64,000 bases of DNA from Emiliania huxleyi CCMP1516 (GCF_000372725.1 NW_005201192.1:186001-250000), one strand, 5' to 3'. Shown: positions 47,039 to 60,283, counted from the stretch's first letter. Made by a program: numbers and translations. Notes: a model not told the origin generated them from the letters alone.

Positions 47039-47666
47039 CATGCATGCACAGACACACAGCCCCTTCCCCTTCCCCCTCAAGACCTTCCCAAGGGCGAGGA
47101 CACGCGCAGGCCGCACCTCTAGTGAGGCCTGCATAGTATGTGGGTGACTCGGCTGCCGCCGCCCCTGCCACCCCTCGTGTGTCAGTGTGCCTGTGGTAGC
47201 GAGAGACTGCCAGCGAGAAGCTGGAGGCAGGTCGCTAGACTGAGATGAGACCGCCAGTGGATGTGGGAGTCCACCGTGCACCGCGCTGCGAGCCTGTCGT
47301 GTCCCTTGTCAGGAGCAGGAGAGCCCCACCTGTGTCCCCCTGATCGTCCTTCCAAAATCCTGCTCGTGCAGGTGGGGACCCTGTCCTCCTCCCCTATCCC
47401 TCGTTTGGGTTGTCTGTTTTCTTTCTTTCTTTCTTTCGCGATTCACTCGCAAGAGAATTTTGCCAAACTCCCTCGCACAACAAGGGGAACGGGACCGGTG
47501 CGCACTGGCACTAACCGTTATAAAAAGAATTCTTCGAGGTTCACCTCTGAAGCCCTGATACCCGGGTACAAGATTTTCAGTGTACGTGCGTACTTTTATC
47601 TCTCTCAGTGTACGTACTTTTAGCTTACTGGGAGGAAAGGGAGGGGGGGTTGTGTTCTCTAGGCCC

Positions 47667-48310
47667 CTAAGGGCTTGTCCATGCCTGCGGCCGCGGGCGT
47701 GCGGGCGGGCCCGCCAGGCTCGGCGAAGCTCCGAGCGGGTCTTCGAGCTCGCCGCCCGCGAGGAGCCAGCATGGCTCGTCGCTCCGACGGCAGCCTCTGC
47801 CCAGTATGCTCTCGGCATTCTGTACAGCCTCGCCAAGCTCTCTGGGAAGGTCTGCAGGGCCAGGGCGGGCCGTCTCGGGCGCGATGGCGCGCTCTGTAGT
47901 ACCATGTCTACCAGCTCTCCGATCGGGTCGCCGGCAGCGTACTCCTCCGAGCCGCACGACGAGAGCCGCCCCTCGCCGGCGATGAAGAGGCTGTGCCATC
48001 CGCCTGACGCCGCCCTCGCCTGCGGGTTGGACTCGCACAGCAACGCAGCGAAGCGCACAGCCACCGCACGTGGCAGCCCTCGTCCTCAGGCTGCGCCGGC
48101 AGCTCGAAGCCGCGCTCTTGCGCCCACAAGCGGATGGCCTCGGATCGCCGCCCGCGTCGCCTGCGGCGGGCCCGCATAGCGCGCCGCTCGCCGGGGGAGT
48201 GCCCAGGGGGTTGTGGAGGGCAGCCTGCCTCGCTCAGACCGCCGCCGACGCGGCGCGGGGCCGCCGTCGGCGCTGCTGCCGCGCACGTTGCGCTGTGGGC
48301 GTCACCATCG
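47667..48310 (-). pseudogene. Frameshifted fragment of an RCC1-repeat protein
   Basis: EAIRLWAQERGFELPAQPEDEGCHVRWL shifts frame into FAALLCESNPQARAASGGWHSLFIAGEGRLSSCGS (RCC1 AxGxxHSLxxxxxGxLxxxG); only one repeat is present. Confidence 0.55.
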
Positions 48311-49770
48311 TGTCCTCACCGCGTCGCCGACGCCACTTGCCGCTCGCCGCTGCCCTGCCCTGCCCTGCCACGTATTATTTATTGCTCGAGGGGCACGCCC
48401 TCACCTAATTACTTAATCAATTAATTAATTAATTGCGTCGGCGTGGCGCGGCGGCGGGCGACGCGAGGCGGCGGCGCGGCGCGGCGGTGGGCGACGTAGA
48501 GCGGGGCGGCGCAAACACCTGTACTGAACGGGCCAGCTCTGGTCTTAGGCTCAGCGCAGTGGTCGTGCCGCCCTCGACTCGAGGGGCTGCCTTCCACCCG
48601 TAGCTGCTCATGCCGGGGGAGGGGGGAGACCTCCTGTTCCCCGCGGAACACGAGAAGGCCCCTCCTTGCCCCGGTCTGTGATGCAGGGCGGTGGTCGTGC
48701 CATCGTCGCTTCGTACACACACACACCCCGCCGCAACCGTCGCCGGCGCGCGACAAGTTCCCGTCAGCAGGACTGTCCTCGCCGAATGCGTGCCGCTAAG
48801 GCGGGACGCACTCAGGGACAGTGCGCCGACGGGACGCGGCTCGAGGGCGACTCCCGCGAAGGCACGGCTGGCAACCGTGGCGCGGGGCTCGTCTTCGAAA
48901 AGTCGGGTATGGCTCCGCCCGCAACTCTCTCTCGCTGACACGCGCGCCCGTCGACCTTACGACGGGTGCGCTGCGGTCGCACGCCTCCCGAGTCATATGC
49001 CACGGCGTGCGATCTAGATTCAGCACACGCACTTCTGCTCGCATACACTCATACAATGAATTGACATCTCCCATGAGTGCGAGTTAGGGCTAGCGAGGGA
49101 GACGCCCAAGGGTGGGTGGGCGACGGCTAGCACCACACTCCTCTCCTTAAAACCCTGTTGTGAAACCTGTGGCAGCGGACGGACGTCAAAGCACAAAGGA
49201 ACTAGGAAGACGGCCGCGAAAGTGCACGGCGACAGGAAACATACACTTGTTTGCCTCACCCGCCCCCCCCAACAAAGCCCCGAGCAAGCCCCCCCAATCA
49301 AGAAAAGGGTCGGGCCGGGCTTTTCACGGCTAAAAATAATAAAGCCGGCATTCCCCGTTCCTTTAAAAACGCATGATTTCCAATGAAAATGGGAATCGTA
49401 AGGAATCCACAGCAATCAAGCCGGGTCTGAGACGGCTGTGTACTAGCGCCTGCCTGCCTACTCTCGAAACCGCAAAAGCGTAAAGTCTTGCTGGAGCAAC
49501 TTGTGCGGCATACAGAGGCAGGAAGTCCATCATAGGGTGAGCACAGCCTGCCCGTCCGCGCGCGCCCCCACTGGCATGGCGGCGCGCGCGCGTCTCGTCC
49601 TCTGCCCCCCCCTCTGCCGCGCCTCCCTCCTTCGCGGCCTCCCAATCCGCGCATTTCGCGCCAGCCCTCTGGCTAAGCCTGGCTCTGTGTCTCTGGCGTC
49701 AGGGCGTTGGCATCGTGGGGATCTGGGATACTCTACGCTGCGGGCCAGGACGCTTGGGGAGGAGGTTGGT

Positions 49771-51200
49771 ATGCTGGTGCAGGACCGAGCAAAGGTGGAA
49801 AACAAGCGCCTTGCGCGCTGCGGCTCCTGCGAGGGGTGCAACGCCAAGGACTGCGGCGCCTGCGTCAATTGCCTAGACAAGCCAAAGTTCCATGGCCCAG
49901 GCGCCGCCCGTCCCAATACCACCGCTGCCGGGCTCAATCAAATGCTGAGCAGCGAACCGTCTGCGCCCCCCCGCCGCAGGCGTCAAGAAGCAGGCTTGCG
50001 TCAGAAGGCGCTGCGTGCAGATTCTGGCGCGCGGCCATTCGGAGGACAAGCTGCTCGAGTCGCCGCGCAAGAAGCTCAAGGTGGCTCAGGCGATATCGAA
50101 CGGGCTGATGCCGGACGGAACCTTCCCGCTGGCCTCGTTCGACTTCGACGAGCACCTCGCAGACGAGTGTATGGGCGCCTTCGAGTCCGAGGTGCGGCGC
50201 TCACTGGTTCACAGGGGGGGGGGGCGTGGCACAGCTGCCGCCCTGCGCCGGCTCACCCTCTCCCACTAAGTCCGTCGCCGCGCGACAGCGCCCTTCGCCG
50301 CGGCCGCCACATCAGCTCCCGTGGCACTTCCCTCTACTGACGCTGCCCCCCCTCCCCCCCCACCACCACCAGCCCGACCTCGCCGAGCTGCATGGCCTCC
50401 TCCTGCCTGGAGAGATGGAATCGCTGCAGCAGAATGCACGCCTCAAGCCGACTGTCATCAGCCTCTCGCCGCGGGGCGAGGGGCGCAGACAGGCAGCGCG
50501 ACTGCAGCGGTGCGGCAAGTGCGGCCCGTGCAAGGCGATCGACTGCGGCACCTGCCAGAATTGCGCCGACAAGCCGCGCTTCGGCGGCAAGGGCGTCAAG
50601 AAGCAAGCCTGCGTCGTCCGCCGCTGCATCAACCTCACCAAGCATGAGGACGATGCGGCGGAACTGCCGACGCCGCTGCCGACGCCGCCAGCGCCGATGC
50701 CGCCGCCGGCACCGGCGCCGATGCATCCCCCGATGCCTCACCAGTCGAGGCCAGTCCCCGTTGTCGTGACGCAGCCGTCGAGCGCTCTCCCCGTTGCTGT
50801 GGCGACAAGCCAAGTCATGCGCACGCCGTCGCCGGACTCGATGTCGTCAGAGGAGATGATGTCGCACGGCACCGGCAGCCCGACTGGGGTGATGGATGGG
50901 CCGAGCCGACAGGGGCTGCCCCGCGTTACGGCGGCGCCCGTCCCCTTCAACGGCGACAAGAGCCAGCTTCCGATGGCCGAGGCGCAGGCTGCGCCGGCCG
51001 GATGGGGCACCGCCGACGGATGGGGGGGGCTCGCCCCGCCGACGTGGGAGGAGCCTAACGCCCACCATCACCCGGGGCCGGGCATGCTGCAGTCGTGCGA
51101 GTTCGACCTAGCGCGGGTCGATCCGGCCGAGGGGTCGCTCAAGCTGGACGAGTGGCCCAGCTGGCTCTCAGAGGGCAGCACCGTCACGCCGATGGCCTGA
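49771..51200 (+). CDS. Protein with two CXXC zinc fingers (CpG-binding type), 3 exons
   Basis: RCGSCEGCNAKDCGACVNCLDKPKFHGPG|VKKQACVRRRC and RCGKCGPCKAIDCGTCQNCADKPRFGGKGVKKQACVVRRC; introns ~49901-49979 (GC-AG) and ~50192-50372. Confidence 0.9.
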
Positions 51201-51940
51201 GTGAGGCGGCGGCGAGCCCTCTACTTGCCTTGCGAGCGCGCGCCGGGCGCGCCGGGGGCGGCGCGCCCTGTCCGCCAGGTGAGCGGGCGCTCTCATCCGT
51301 ATTATTGAGCATCGGGCTCGGGATGATCGCCCCCCCCTGCGGGCATCGTTGGATTCTGCCATCGTTTTTGCACGGAGGCACTCGCTGCGCGGCAAGTGCT
51401 TATCTGGAATTTGCTTGCTTCTTCCCGCCCTGACGGGACACTCTAGCCCTCTCTGCTTTCTCTTTTCTCTCTCTCCGATTCTCTCTCCCTGCCGTGTCTG
51501 TGTGTTCCTAGCCCTGCTTGCTCCCTCCTTCTTTGCTGGTGTCTTGGCCCTTCCTGTGCCTTTGCCCCTGTCCCCACCTGTTGTCGTACTACGTGAGTTC
51601 ATGTCGTCGTGCCGGCGCGTGCTTGTGGCGCACATGAAGGGACGCCGGCGGTTTGTTGTAAACCGGCGTAAGATGTTAAATTCTTTTTCCGCGCTGTTAA
51701 ATTCTTTTCGGCTGTTAAATTCTTTTCTGCTGTATGCTCACCAATTGAGCCTTTTTGTGTCTGTGTGTCGCTCGAGCGTGTCGTCGTCATCTGTCTCGCG
51801 TCCACCCATACCGCGTTGGTGTCCAGTCCGAGCCGGGCCCCTCTTTCGTTTCGTGTCAGGTAAAAGTTGGGGGTTTCGCGTTACTCGATTATGGAGTCAC
51901 GTCGCGCGTTGACGCGTCTGCCCTTCCGTACCTTTCTAGA

Positions 51941-53475
51941 ATGAGTTCTAGCGACACCCAAGCCCCACCAGAGCAGGAGCCACCCGCCGCGTCCGAGCAG
52001 CATGGGCCCGCGGTTCACGAGCAGCCCATCTCTGATGATGACGAGCCGCAGTCAGAGCGGGCCAGCGGGACCGAGCGGTTGGATCCGCACGCAGAAGAGA
52101 GTCCGGAGGACGTCATCGCGGACCGGCAGCGGCGGAGGCGTGAGGCTCTCGGGGCGACCCAAGACCACCCGACCTCGCTTATTGGCGACGCTGGTACGCC
52201 GGGAACCGGCGCTGCTCGCACCGGCGCCGACCCAAGGCCACCATTGAGGATAACCGATGTGCCTGCAGTCATCGCAGGCGCCCGTCCCGCGGCGACACGG
52301 CGGACGGCCACCGGCACTGCCAGCGTTGCAGTTGCGATGCGTCGAAGGCCTGCCTCGGCCTCGCATCCGCGGTCGCCGGCCAAGGGCCTCCAAGCCGCGG
52401 CACATCGCGGGGCGGCTGCGGGAGGCCGCATCCGAGGGCAGCCGGTTGGCTCGACACGGCGAGGAGTGGAGGAGCTCGCCGAGCAGGTGGAGCAGACGAG
52501 ACGGGCGCTCGCACAGGCCGAGCGAGACAACAGACAGCTCAGAGCAGCGGCGGCGCGGAGCGAGGCGGAGCTCCGCCGCGCAGAGCGGAGCGCCGAGGAC
52601 GCGCACCCTGCGGCGGCGGCCCTCTTTGAGTCGAGTGGGAGCGTCGCTGCCATTGGGGCGGGCCTGCCCCGCGCGGACGCGCACCTGCTGCGTAATCTGA
52701 AAGGGCAGGTGCGCGAGCTACGGCGGCAGCTCCAGGGCAAAGAGGCGGAGCTGGCCGAGCTGGCAGAGCTCGAGCACAAGAGAGCAGACGCCCCGGTGAG
52801 CACGGCTGCTCACGCCGCACGGCGGGAGTAGGCCCACTCGAGCAAGAGCACGCGGCTGCGCGAGCTGCAGGTGCAGGCGCGCACCTACTTTGGCGAGGTG
52901 CGCCGGCTGCAGTCGCTGCTCGAGTTTGCGCGGCAGGAGAAGGAGGGGGCGATGGCCGCACTGCAGCAGCAGCACGACGAGGAGAAGGCGGCGCTGCGGC
53001 AGCGGCAGAGGGCGATCCAGAGCCAGGGGGCGGCGCTCGATGAGGAGCCTGGGCGGCGAATGGGAACGGCCGGCCGCGCGACACGTCCTTGACACGTCCC
53101 TGACGCGTGCAGGAGCTCGGCCGCTGGATGGATGATAATGACCAGCTGCGCGACCTCGTGCAGGGCCTGGAGCGGCGGCTGAAGGAGGCGAGGAGCGGCG
53201 TGGCGGATCGCGACAGCAAGGCCAGAGAGCGCGCCGACCGCGAGGCGTGGCAGAGCGAGCTCGAGCGCAAGCTGCGCGCCGAGCACCACGCGGCGCTCAA
53301 GAAGCAGCAGGAGGAGTGGGCGGTGCAGGTCGAGGGCGAGAGGAAGGCGCTTGAGGCGGAGCGCGCGAAGGTGCGCAGGCTGGAGGCCGCGCTCAAGGAG
53401 CAGGGAGGGGCGGCGGGCAGCGGTGCGGAGGGACAGGCGGAGAAGAAGGGGGCGGGCGCGGAGGTGTCCGCGTGA
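51941..53475 (+). CDS. Coiled-coil hypothetical protein, copy 2
   Basis: Inverted duplicate of 34469-36003. Confidence 0.7.
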
Positions 53476-54085
53476 GGGACATGCACTTGCTATATGAGTT
53501 TATGACCTGTGTGTAACTAGTACTTTATTAATGAACATCTCGAAAGGACGAAGTTTGGCACCAAGAGGCTTTGATTCTTACGACCCTCACCCGCCAAGGC
53601 AGGTGTGCACTCTGCTAGTACTTGTGTGCTCACACCACGACTACACTGTGCTCTGTGCACTGTGGGGGGGTGCCCGAGCATGAAACCATGATGATTGATG
53701 TAAAATGTGCGCGTCTGTGGACTGTGCGTGTCCGTGTGTGGGACAGACGTTGTTGTCCTATGCGCGGGGCTTCCCACGTAACAGCCGAGATGCAGCTACC
53801 CGAACCCACACACCACGACACGCCCACGACACGCCCGCGACACGCCGTCTCTTTATTTAGACCCTGAAGCCCGCTCTCTCTTCCTTAAGCCCGCCGCCGG
53901 CCGCGCGTGATCGAGCATTCCCTGCCGCTTCCTCAGGCGAGCTCCACGTCAAGCTGGCGCTCTGCGCAGACCACTGCACCCAGCGGTGCACGGGAGGGAC
54001 TGCAACAAAAAACAAGAAAGTCGATGGAGCGCCTTTCCGAGTTCTTCTTTCCGAGGAGATCTTTCAGAGAAATCGCGCTCAATAT

Positions 54086-54977
54086 ATGCGGGTCGTCTCG
54101 CTGCTGCTCGCGCTCGCAGCCCCCGCTGCGGGCTTCAGCGCACTCGCTGGTGTCCGGCCTCAGCGCCTGCCGCCGCCCCGCAGCCCACGCCGCGCCGCCG
54201 CGCCGCACGCGTCGGCGGCGGCGGTCCTCGCAGCCCCAGCGACAGCGCTCGCGTCGAGGCCGCTCGCCATTGGTGCTGCTGCAACGGCGCTGGTCGCTAC
54301 GATCTTCGCGTGGGTGCTGCGGGTGTTCAATACGCCCTCGCGCTCCTACCGCGACGGCGAGCGCGAGGCGGGCGGAATAAACTCCGTCGGAGAGGAGTAC
54401 GATGCGTGGACGTCGGAGGGCATCCTCGAGTACTACTGGGGCGAGCACATCCACCTGGGCTACTACGAGGAGGGGCAGCGTAAGGCGCCCCTGTACGGCG
54501 GCAAGGACTTTGTCGAGGCGAAGTACGACTTCATCGACCGCATGCTCGACTTCTCTCAGACGGAGGCGCGCCGCCGCTCGCGCCGGCCGCCTTCTTTGCG
54601 GGGACACTTGTCCTTGCGCCGTCCTCGAGCCGCCCTCTCGACCCATCCGCGTAGGCGCCGAGCAAGGTGCTCGACGTCGGCTGCGGGATCGGCGGCACTA
54701 GCCGCTACATCGCCAAGAAGTTCCCCTCGGCCGACGTGACTGGCATCACCATCTCGCCAGAGCAGCGAAATGATGCATGTTTCATCTTGATTTGTGTTTT
54801 GTGATAAACAGGCATCACAATCTCGCCTGAGCAGCGCCGCCGCGCAGAACAGCTCGCGACGGAGCGAGGCATCGGCAACGCGAAGTTCGAGCTGGTGAGA
54901 CGCAGCCCGAGAGGAGAGCGGCGCCAGACGCAAGCCAGCTCGTCGGGCCTCGTGGGCCGCGCAGTCCGTCTGTGGAT

Positions 54978-55055
<78 letters not shown>

Positions 55056-56222
55056 CGAGTGCTCGGGCTCTGCGCCTTCGGGCGAGCTTGGGCGAGCTTG
55101 GGCGAGCTCTGCATATCTGTGTGCGCGTCTCAGGTGGACGCGCTCAACATGACCTTCGCCGACAACTCGTTCGACCTCGTGTGGGCCTGCGAGTCGGGTG
55201 AGCTCGAGATATGGGGAGATATGCGGAGATATGCGGAGATATGCGGAGATATGCGGAGATATGGGCCATTCGGGCGAGCAGCGCCGCCTGGCCAGCCCAC
55301 GCGCCGCCACCCTCCCTCCCTCCGACCCTCTCCCGCCCCTCCTTCCCCTCCAGGCGAGCACATGCCGGACAAGGAGCGGTACGTGCAAGAGATGAGCCGC
55401 GTCCTCAAGCCGGGCGGCAGGATCGTCATAGCCACGTGGTGCGAGCGAGAGGCGACGCACCCTCGCTGCGGCGGAGAGGGCAGAGCCGCCTCGGCCGGCG
55501 GCTTGGACGCGTCTTGGCTCACGTGCGAGAGTAGGCGACGCCGCCCTTCAGCGCCAAGGAGCGCGCGACCCTCGACTACTTGTACGGCGAGTGGTCGCAC
55601 CCGTACTTCATCTCGATTGAGGAGTACGGCCGCATCATGGAGAGGACCGGCGAGATTAGACGAGATGCTCCGAGAGGACCCGAGAGGACCCGGGAGAGTG
55701 CGGCCGCAGCATGGAGAGGACCGGCGACTTGCCGCACCAGCCCTCGCACCGGCGCGGCTCGGGAGGGTGGCCACGACGCGCCCACGGCGCCTCCCTTCCT
55801 AGGAGTGTGCTCGACACTTCCTAGACACTTCCTAGACACTTCCTAGACACTTCCTAGCCTCCCTCGCAGGCGTGCTCGACCAGGTCGTCACCGACGACTG
55901 GGCGAAGCAGACCATCCCCGCGTGGCGCGCCGGCCCTGCCCCCGGAGCGTGACACGATTGCGCGAGGGCGTGCCGCGTGCGAGTAGGCGCCACTCCATCT
56001 GGGCGGGGGTGTGGGACCCGTGGCCTGTCTTCCGGCGGCCTCGCCTGTGGTACAAGGTGCCGCGCTCTCGAGGCGTCGACCCTTTCCCTCGCACACCGCC
56101 CGGCCCCTGCGTCGCGCCAGGTGCTCCGCGATTCGTGGTGCCTCGAGGTCATGCACCGCGCCTTCACCAACGGGCTGATGCGGTACGGCATGATGACCGC
56201 CACCAAGAAGGCGGCCGCGTGA
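54086..56222 (+). CDS. Cyanobacterial-type MPBQ/MSBQ (tocopherol/plastoquinone) methyltransferase, full copy, probably plastid-targeted
   Basis: Signal peptide plus AAGF leader; [90 protein letters not shown]. Confidence 0.88.
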
Positions 56223-57580
56223 GCTGCGCTAGCGACGCGAGCGCAGCGTCCCTCGGGCGACAGCGAGGCAAGGAGCCCGCCACGCAGAATCGCCCCATCC
56301 CCATGCGCGCCCGCGCGCCGCGGTGTACTCGGTCCCCCGTGGTCAAGAAAAACTGTTCAGTTTTCAAAGGCAAAAACGCCAGCCTACGCCCTCCCCTCAC
56401 ACTGACACTTCTCCCCTATTCCCGTCTTTAGGTTGCGCACATCTCCCAGCGAGCTAGGTTCTCCGCTTTTTCTCCCCTAGTCATCTGCCCGCGCCGCGCG
56501 CCTCTGTGGGCGTCTAGTGCAGCCACTGACAGAACTGTTCCAAAGGAGTGGTCAACGTCTCGCCTGAAGTCGGGTGGGCTCGCGCACTGCTTAGCCCTAG
56601 GGGAGGGGTGTGTGTGAGGTGTCGGAATGGTAAGGTTTCAGGCCGCCAAGGTGTGGGGGATTTGGGGGATGAGTCAGGAGCCAGCAGCCTTCCTGCTGGA
56701 CCTGAGTTCACAGCTCCTCCGCCCGACGGGGTGGTCCCTTGGATTCGGGCCCCGCTCCCTTTTCCTGCGCCTGGTCTGTCCCTGTCAAGTGTGTGTTGCG
56801 AGATGCAGAGCTGGTTAGGCTGGAGCGCGGGCGGTGCGGTGGCAGGCGAGGGCAGCGCGGTAGGCGAGAGGCGGCCGCGGGGCTTCGAGTGGCGCGATAG
56901 GAGGGTAGGCTGGCTGTGGAGGGGCGCCGCGTGGCCTCGGCAAATGAGTAGTGCTTTATGAGCGGCCAGTTTTGTGCGTATTGCATATCGAGCCTGCGGT
57001 GTGGCCTAGTTGGTGCAGCGTTCGGGTCGGGGACGTTTTGGTCGTTGGTTCGAGCCCAGCTGGTGCAGTTCGTAGTCGCGTAGCGCGCGGGTGCGCGGCA
57101 GCCTCGGCAACCGAGGCGACAGTGGCGAGCAGGGGCGAGCAGGGGCGAGCAGGGGTCAGAGCAGTGCGGCGCGCCGAATTTTTTTCGATGGGCTCGGTCA
57201 GTGGGCGTGTCAGGAGGCGGCCGGCCGGGAGAAACTCGGCAGTAAAACTCCCGCGCCGGCCCAGGAGGTGGGAGTGTCACGGAGGCGGCCATTGGCGCGC
57301 GCTCCTTGTCTTCGTGGGTCCGAGTTTTTCCCGGTCCCCCGTGGTCGAGCGGACATCTGAGAGACTTTTTTTCGGGAGGAACACACAGATCGAACACGCG
57401 TCTGTAAGAGATATTAGGTAAAATACCAAATACGGCACATCTAAGAGCGACGCGGGTTAACAGATAACACGCAACACAAGTCACATGACTCATGAGTCAT
57501 GACCACAAGCTCAAGGTCAAGCACCCCGAGGAGAGGGCTCCCAGCTGGGCTAGCGGCTACCCCGACGGCACCTTGATACG

Positions 57581-58150
57581 TCAACTACCGCACACAGAGG
57601 ACACCACCTTGTTGTAACGCTCGTCCCCTCCGGGGCACACGCCCATCGGCCCGGTGGCGCTCAGCTTCCGCAGCGTCATCTCGAGGTAGGTGGTCCCGGC
57701 TGGCTCAGGGCGCGGGTACTCGGCGCGAGTTCCCCGGTCTAAGTCAAATGTGGCCGGCACGATGGCTCTCCGCACGACATTTGGTGGTAAGGTCCGTACC
57801 AGCTCATCGACGGCCGCGTTGGTGGTGCCGTCGCCGACCGTGAAGAGGATCGCCCCGCCGTTGCCGATGCCATCCGAGAGGGCGGCGATCTCTCCGTTGA
57901 AGTAGCGGCGCCGGACTCTGTACTCGATCTGCACCTGCGTGCCGACGGGATTGCTCACGGCCGTCGAGGACGCAGGTGACACGAGCTCGGGGTTGAGCGC
58001 CCACGCGCGTTCCAGGCAATCGCCGCGGCATGGCTGGTCATCGAAGCCGGTCGCGCCGAACACAATGGCAGAGTCAAAGTAGAGAAGGCCTGAGGAGGTG
58101 GAGACGTAGGAGACGGACGCAATCGACGGCTGCGTGGGTAGGAGACGCGT
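57581..58150 (-). CDS. Hypothetical protein fragment whose 5' end is interrupted by a TIR element
   Basis: Globular coding-like frame (SGLLYFDSAIVFGATGFDDQPCRGDCLERAWALNPEL...YLEMTLRKL); no family recognised. Confidence 0.4.
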   Translation of the reverse strand, partial: TRLLPTQPSIASVSYVSTSSGLLYFDSAIVFGATGFDDQPCRGDCLERAWALNPELVSPASSTAVSNPVGTQVQIEYRVRRRYFNGEIAALSDGIGNGGAILFTVGDGTTNAAVDELVRTLPPNVVRRAIVPATFDLDRGTRAEYPRPEPAGTTYLEMTLRKLSATGPMGVCPGGDERYNKVVSSVCGS

Positions 58151-58199
58151 GGCAAATGCGATCGTCGCGAGCCGACGCGTGAGAAGCACCAGGGTTCGG

Positions 58200-58465
58200 A
58201 CTTTTTGCGGGGTATGGTATGGTAGCGTCGGCGCCCTGGCGCCGCGACCATACCCCCCCACCCGCACAGGACGTCGCCTCTGGCCAGCAGGACCATACCC
58301 CCCCACCCCCCACCCCACCACACGAGCGCGTACAGTAACCGTCGTGTTAGGCCGTCCGGTCGTGCGGCACGTGTTCGCGCGATGCAGTCTGCGCGAGGTG
58401 ACCCGCCGGCAATCGTGCTCACCCCTCAGAGCATGTCCGCAAAGGCCGCCATGGCCTTGCGTGCC

Positions 58466-58496
<31 letters not shown>

Positions 58497-59069
58497 CCGG
58501 TGCGGCGCCGGGCGCGGGCGCGGGCCCGGTTTTCACCGGCGCCGCTTCCGCCATGGTCACCTCGGGCGCGGGCGCGGGCGCGGTCTCCGCCGGCGCCGCT
58601 TCCGCCATGGTCACCTCCGCTGGAACGGCCTCCGCCTTCGCCGCCTCCGCTGGCGGCACCTCCGCCTCCGCCATGGTCACCTCCGGCGTCTCCGCCGCCT
58701 CCGCCTCCACCTCCACCGCCTCCGCCGCCGTCGCCTCCGCCGGCGGCGGCGGCGGCGCGGCCACCGTGGGCGCGCGCGCGCGCGCCATCTCGAAGGGGTT
58801 GCGCGGCTGGCCCGAGTTTGGGGGGCTCTTGTAGTACATGCCCCACTCGTTGAAGACGTTGTGGTCCGTGTCCGCGTCCGAGATGAGTCGGCATCGTGTC
58901 CGCGGCTGTGTACGGCGGCTGTGTACTGGGTTCGAACCCTGTTGTAACGTGGCCGCTCCAGCGATTGACCATACCCCCCCACCCGTCGAGCAGGCCGCCT
59001 CCGGCGGCCAGGACCATACCCCCCCACCCTTTTGGCGCCGACCCTACCATACCTTACCCCGCAAAAAGT
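58200..59069. mobile_element. TIR element carrying a Glu/Ala/Pro-repeat ORF
   Basis: ACTTTTTGCGGGGTA(T/A)GGTATGGTAG(C/G)GTCGGCGCC inverted at both ends; GACCATACCCCCCACC subterminal repeats; ORF 58426-58839 with EVTMAEA repeats. Confidence 0.75.
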
Positions 59070-59210
59070 TGGAATCCAGCACCGTGTCGCACGAGAAAAA
59101 TCACCCGAAATCCCCGAACTTTACCTAGGGTGAACTGCCTTTCCTTTCGTTCGGAACTGTTAAAAAGAAAAGCCTGCGTGCCCTCCTTAGCGCTCCACAC
59201 CACCTTAGAG

Positions 59211-60253
59211 GAGGGCGCCTGCGTCTAAATTTAGTGCGTGTGAATGAACTTTAGTGATAGTTTAGTGCGCTATTTAGTGCGTGTTCGAGTGCGTATATAG
59301 TGCGACTTTAACGCAAATTTAGTGCAAATTTAGTGCAAATTTAGCACATATTTAGCACATATTTAGTGTGTTTTATCTCCAATTTAGCGCCACATTTAGT
59401 TCACTTTAGGTGCGGGCAGCTGCAGTACATTTAGTGTGGGTCCCGCATCTTTAGTGCGGGCACGCACCTTTAGCACGGCTTCCCGGCCACACCACAGCTA
59501 GCCAGGGCCGCGTGCTTTGCTCCTTGGCTGCCAAGAATGCACCACAGGAGATGCCTGGCCCCTGCCCTCATGACCCAAAGGCAGGCTCCCAGTGAGGCTA
59601 GATATGCCGCCCTCCAGAGCAAGATCTCCCGACTGAGCACAGGCACAGCACCGATTCCCGAGAGGAGGACCAGCACAGTTGAATGCGCCACCGCAAGCAC
59701 CACCTCCGACCGCACAACCCATGCTGTGCCCGTGACCACCAGCTGTAATAGAGTAGAGGTGAGGGTCGGTGTTGGAATTTCAAAACCAATGTTGAACCAA
59801 AGGATGAAGGATCCAGACCACGATGACAGAAACGGCCAAATGGCCATGATCCATGTAGTCACCGCAAGCAGCTTTACATACGCGTGTACTCGTAGCATGT
59901 TGGATCCAGCCCCAGGCATGCACCTCCTCCTAAGTGCAATGGCAAATACACCGGGTTTTCTTCGTTCGGTTGGGGACGGGACGGGGAACTTTTGCGAGTG
60001 GGCAGGGGACTGCAGGGGGACAGGGGGAGGGAGGCCCAGCGAGGGGCTGCGGCTGGATCCTACTGCGCGGCTGGACTAAAGACGCACTAAACCTCGCTAA
60101 ATCTGGATGTAAAGTCGCACTAAATTTGCGCTAAATTTGCGCTAAATTTGCACTAAAGTTGCGCTAAATTCGCGCTAAATTTGCGCTAAAGTGCGCTAAA
60201 GATGCAGTAGATAAACACTTCACACCGCACTAAATTTAGACCCAGGCGCCCTC
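59211..60253. mobile_element. Non-autonomous TIR element with 8-bp TSD CCTTAGAG and a hydrophobic cargo ORF
   Basis: TIR GAGGGCGCCTG(C/G)GTCTAAATTTAGTGCG; TTTAGTGC/GCGCTAAA subterminal arrays; CCTTAGAG at 59203-59210 and 60254-60261. Confidence 0.9.
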
Positions 60254-60283
60254 CCTTAGAGCTCCTCTCCGCCCCTTTAAGCC

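Noticed and set aside
57484..57501. Perfect 18-bp palindrome CATGACTCATGAGTCATG
   Set aside because: It could be a bZIP-type site or TE end, but it is a single instance with no supporting context
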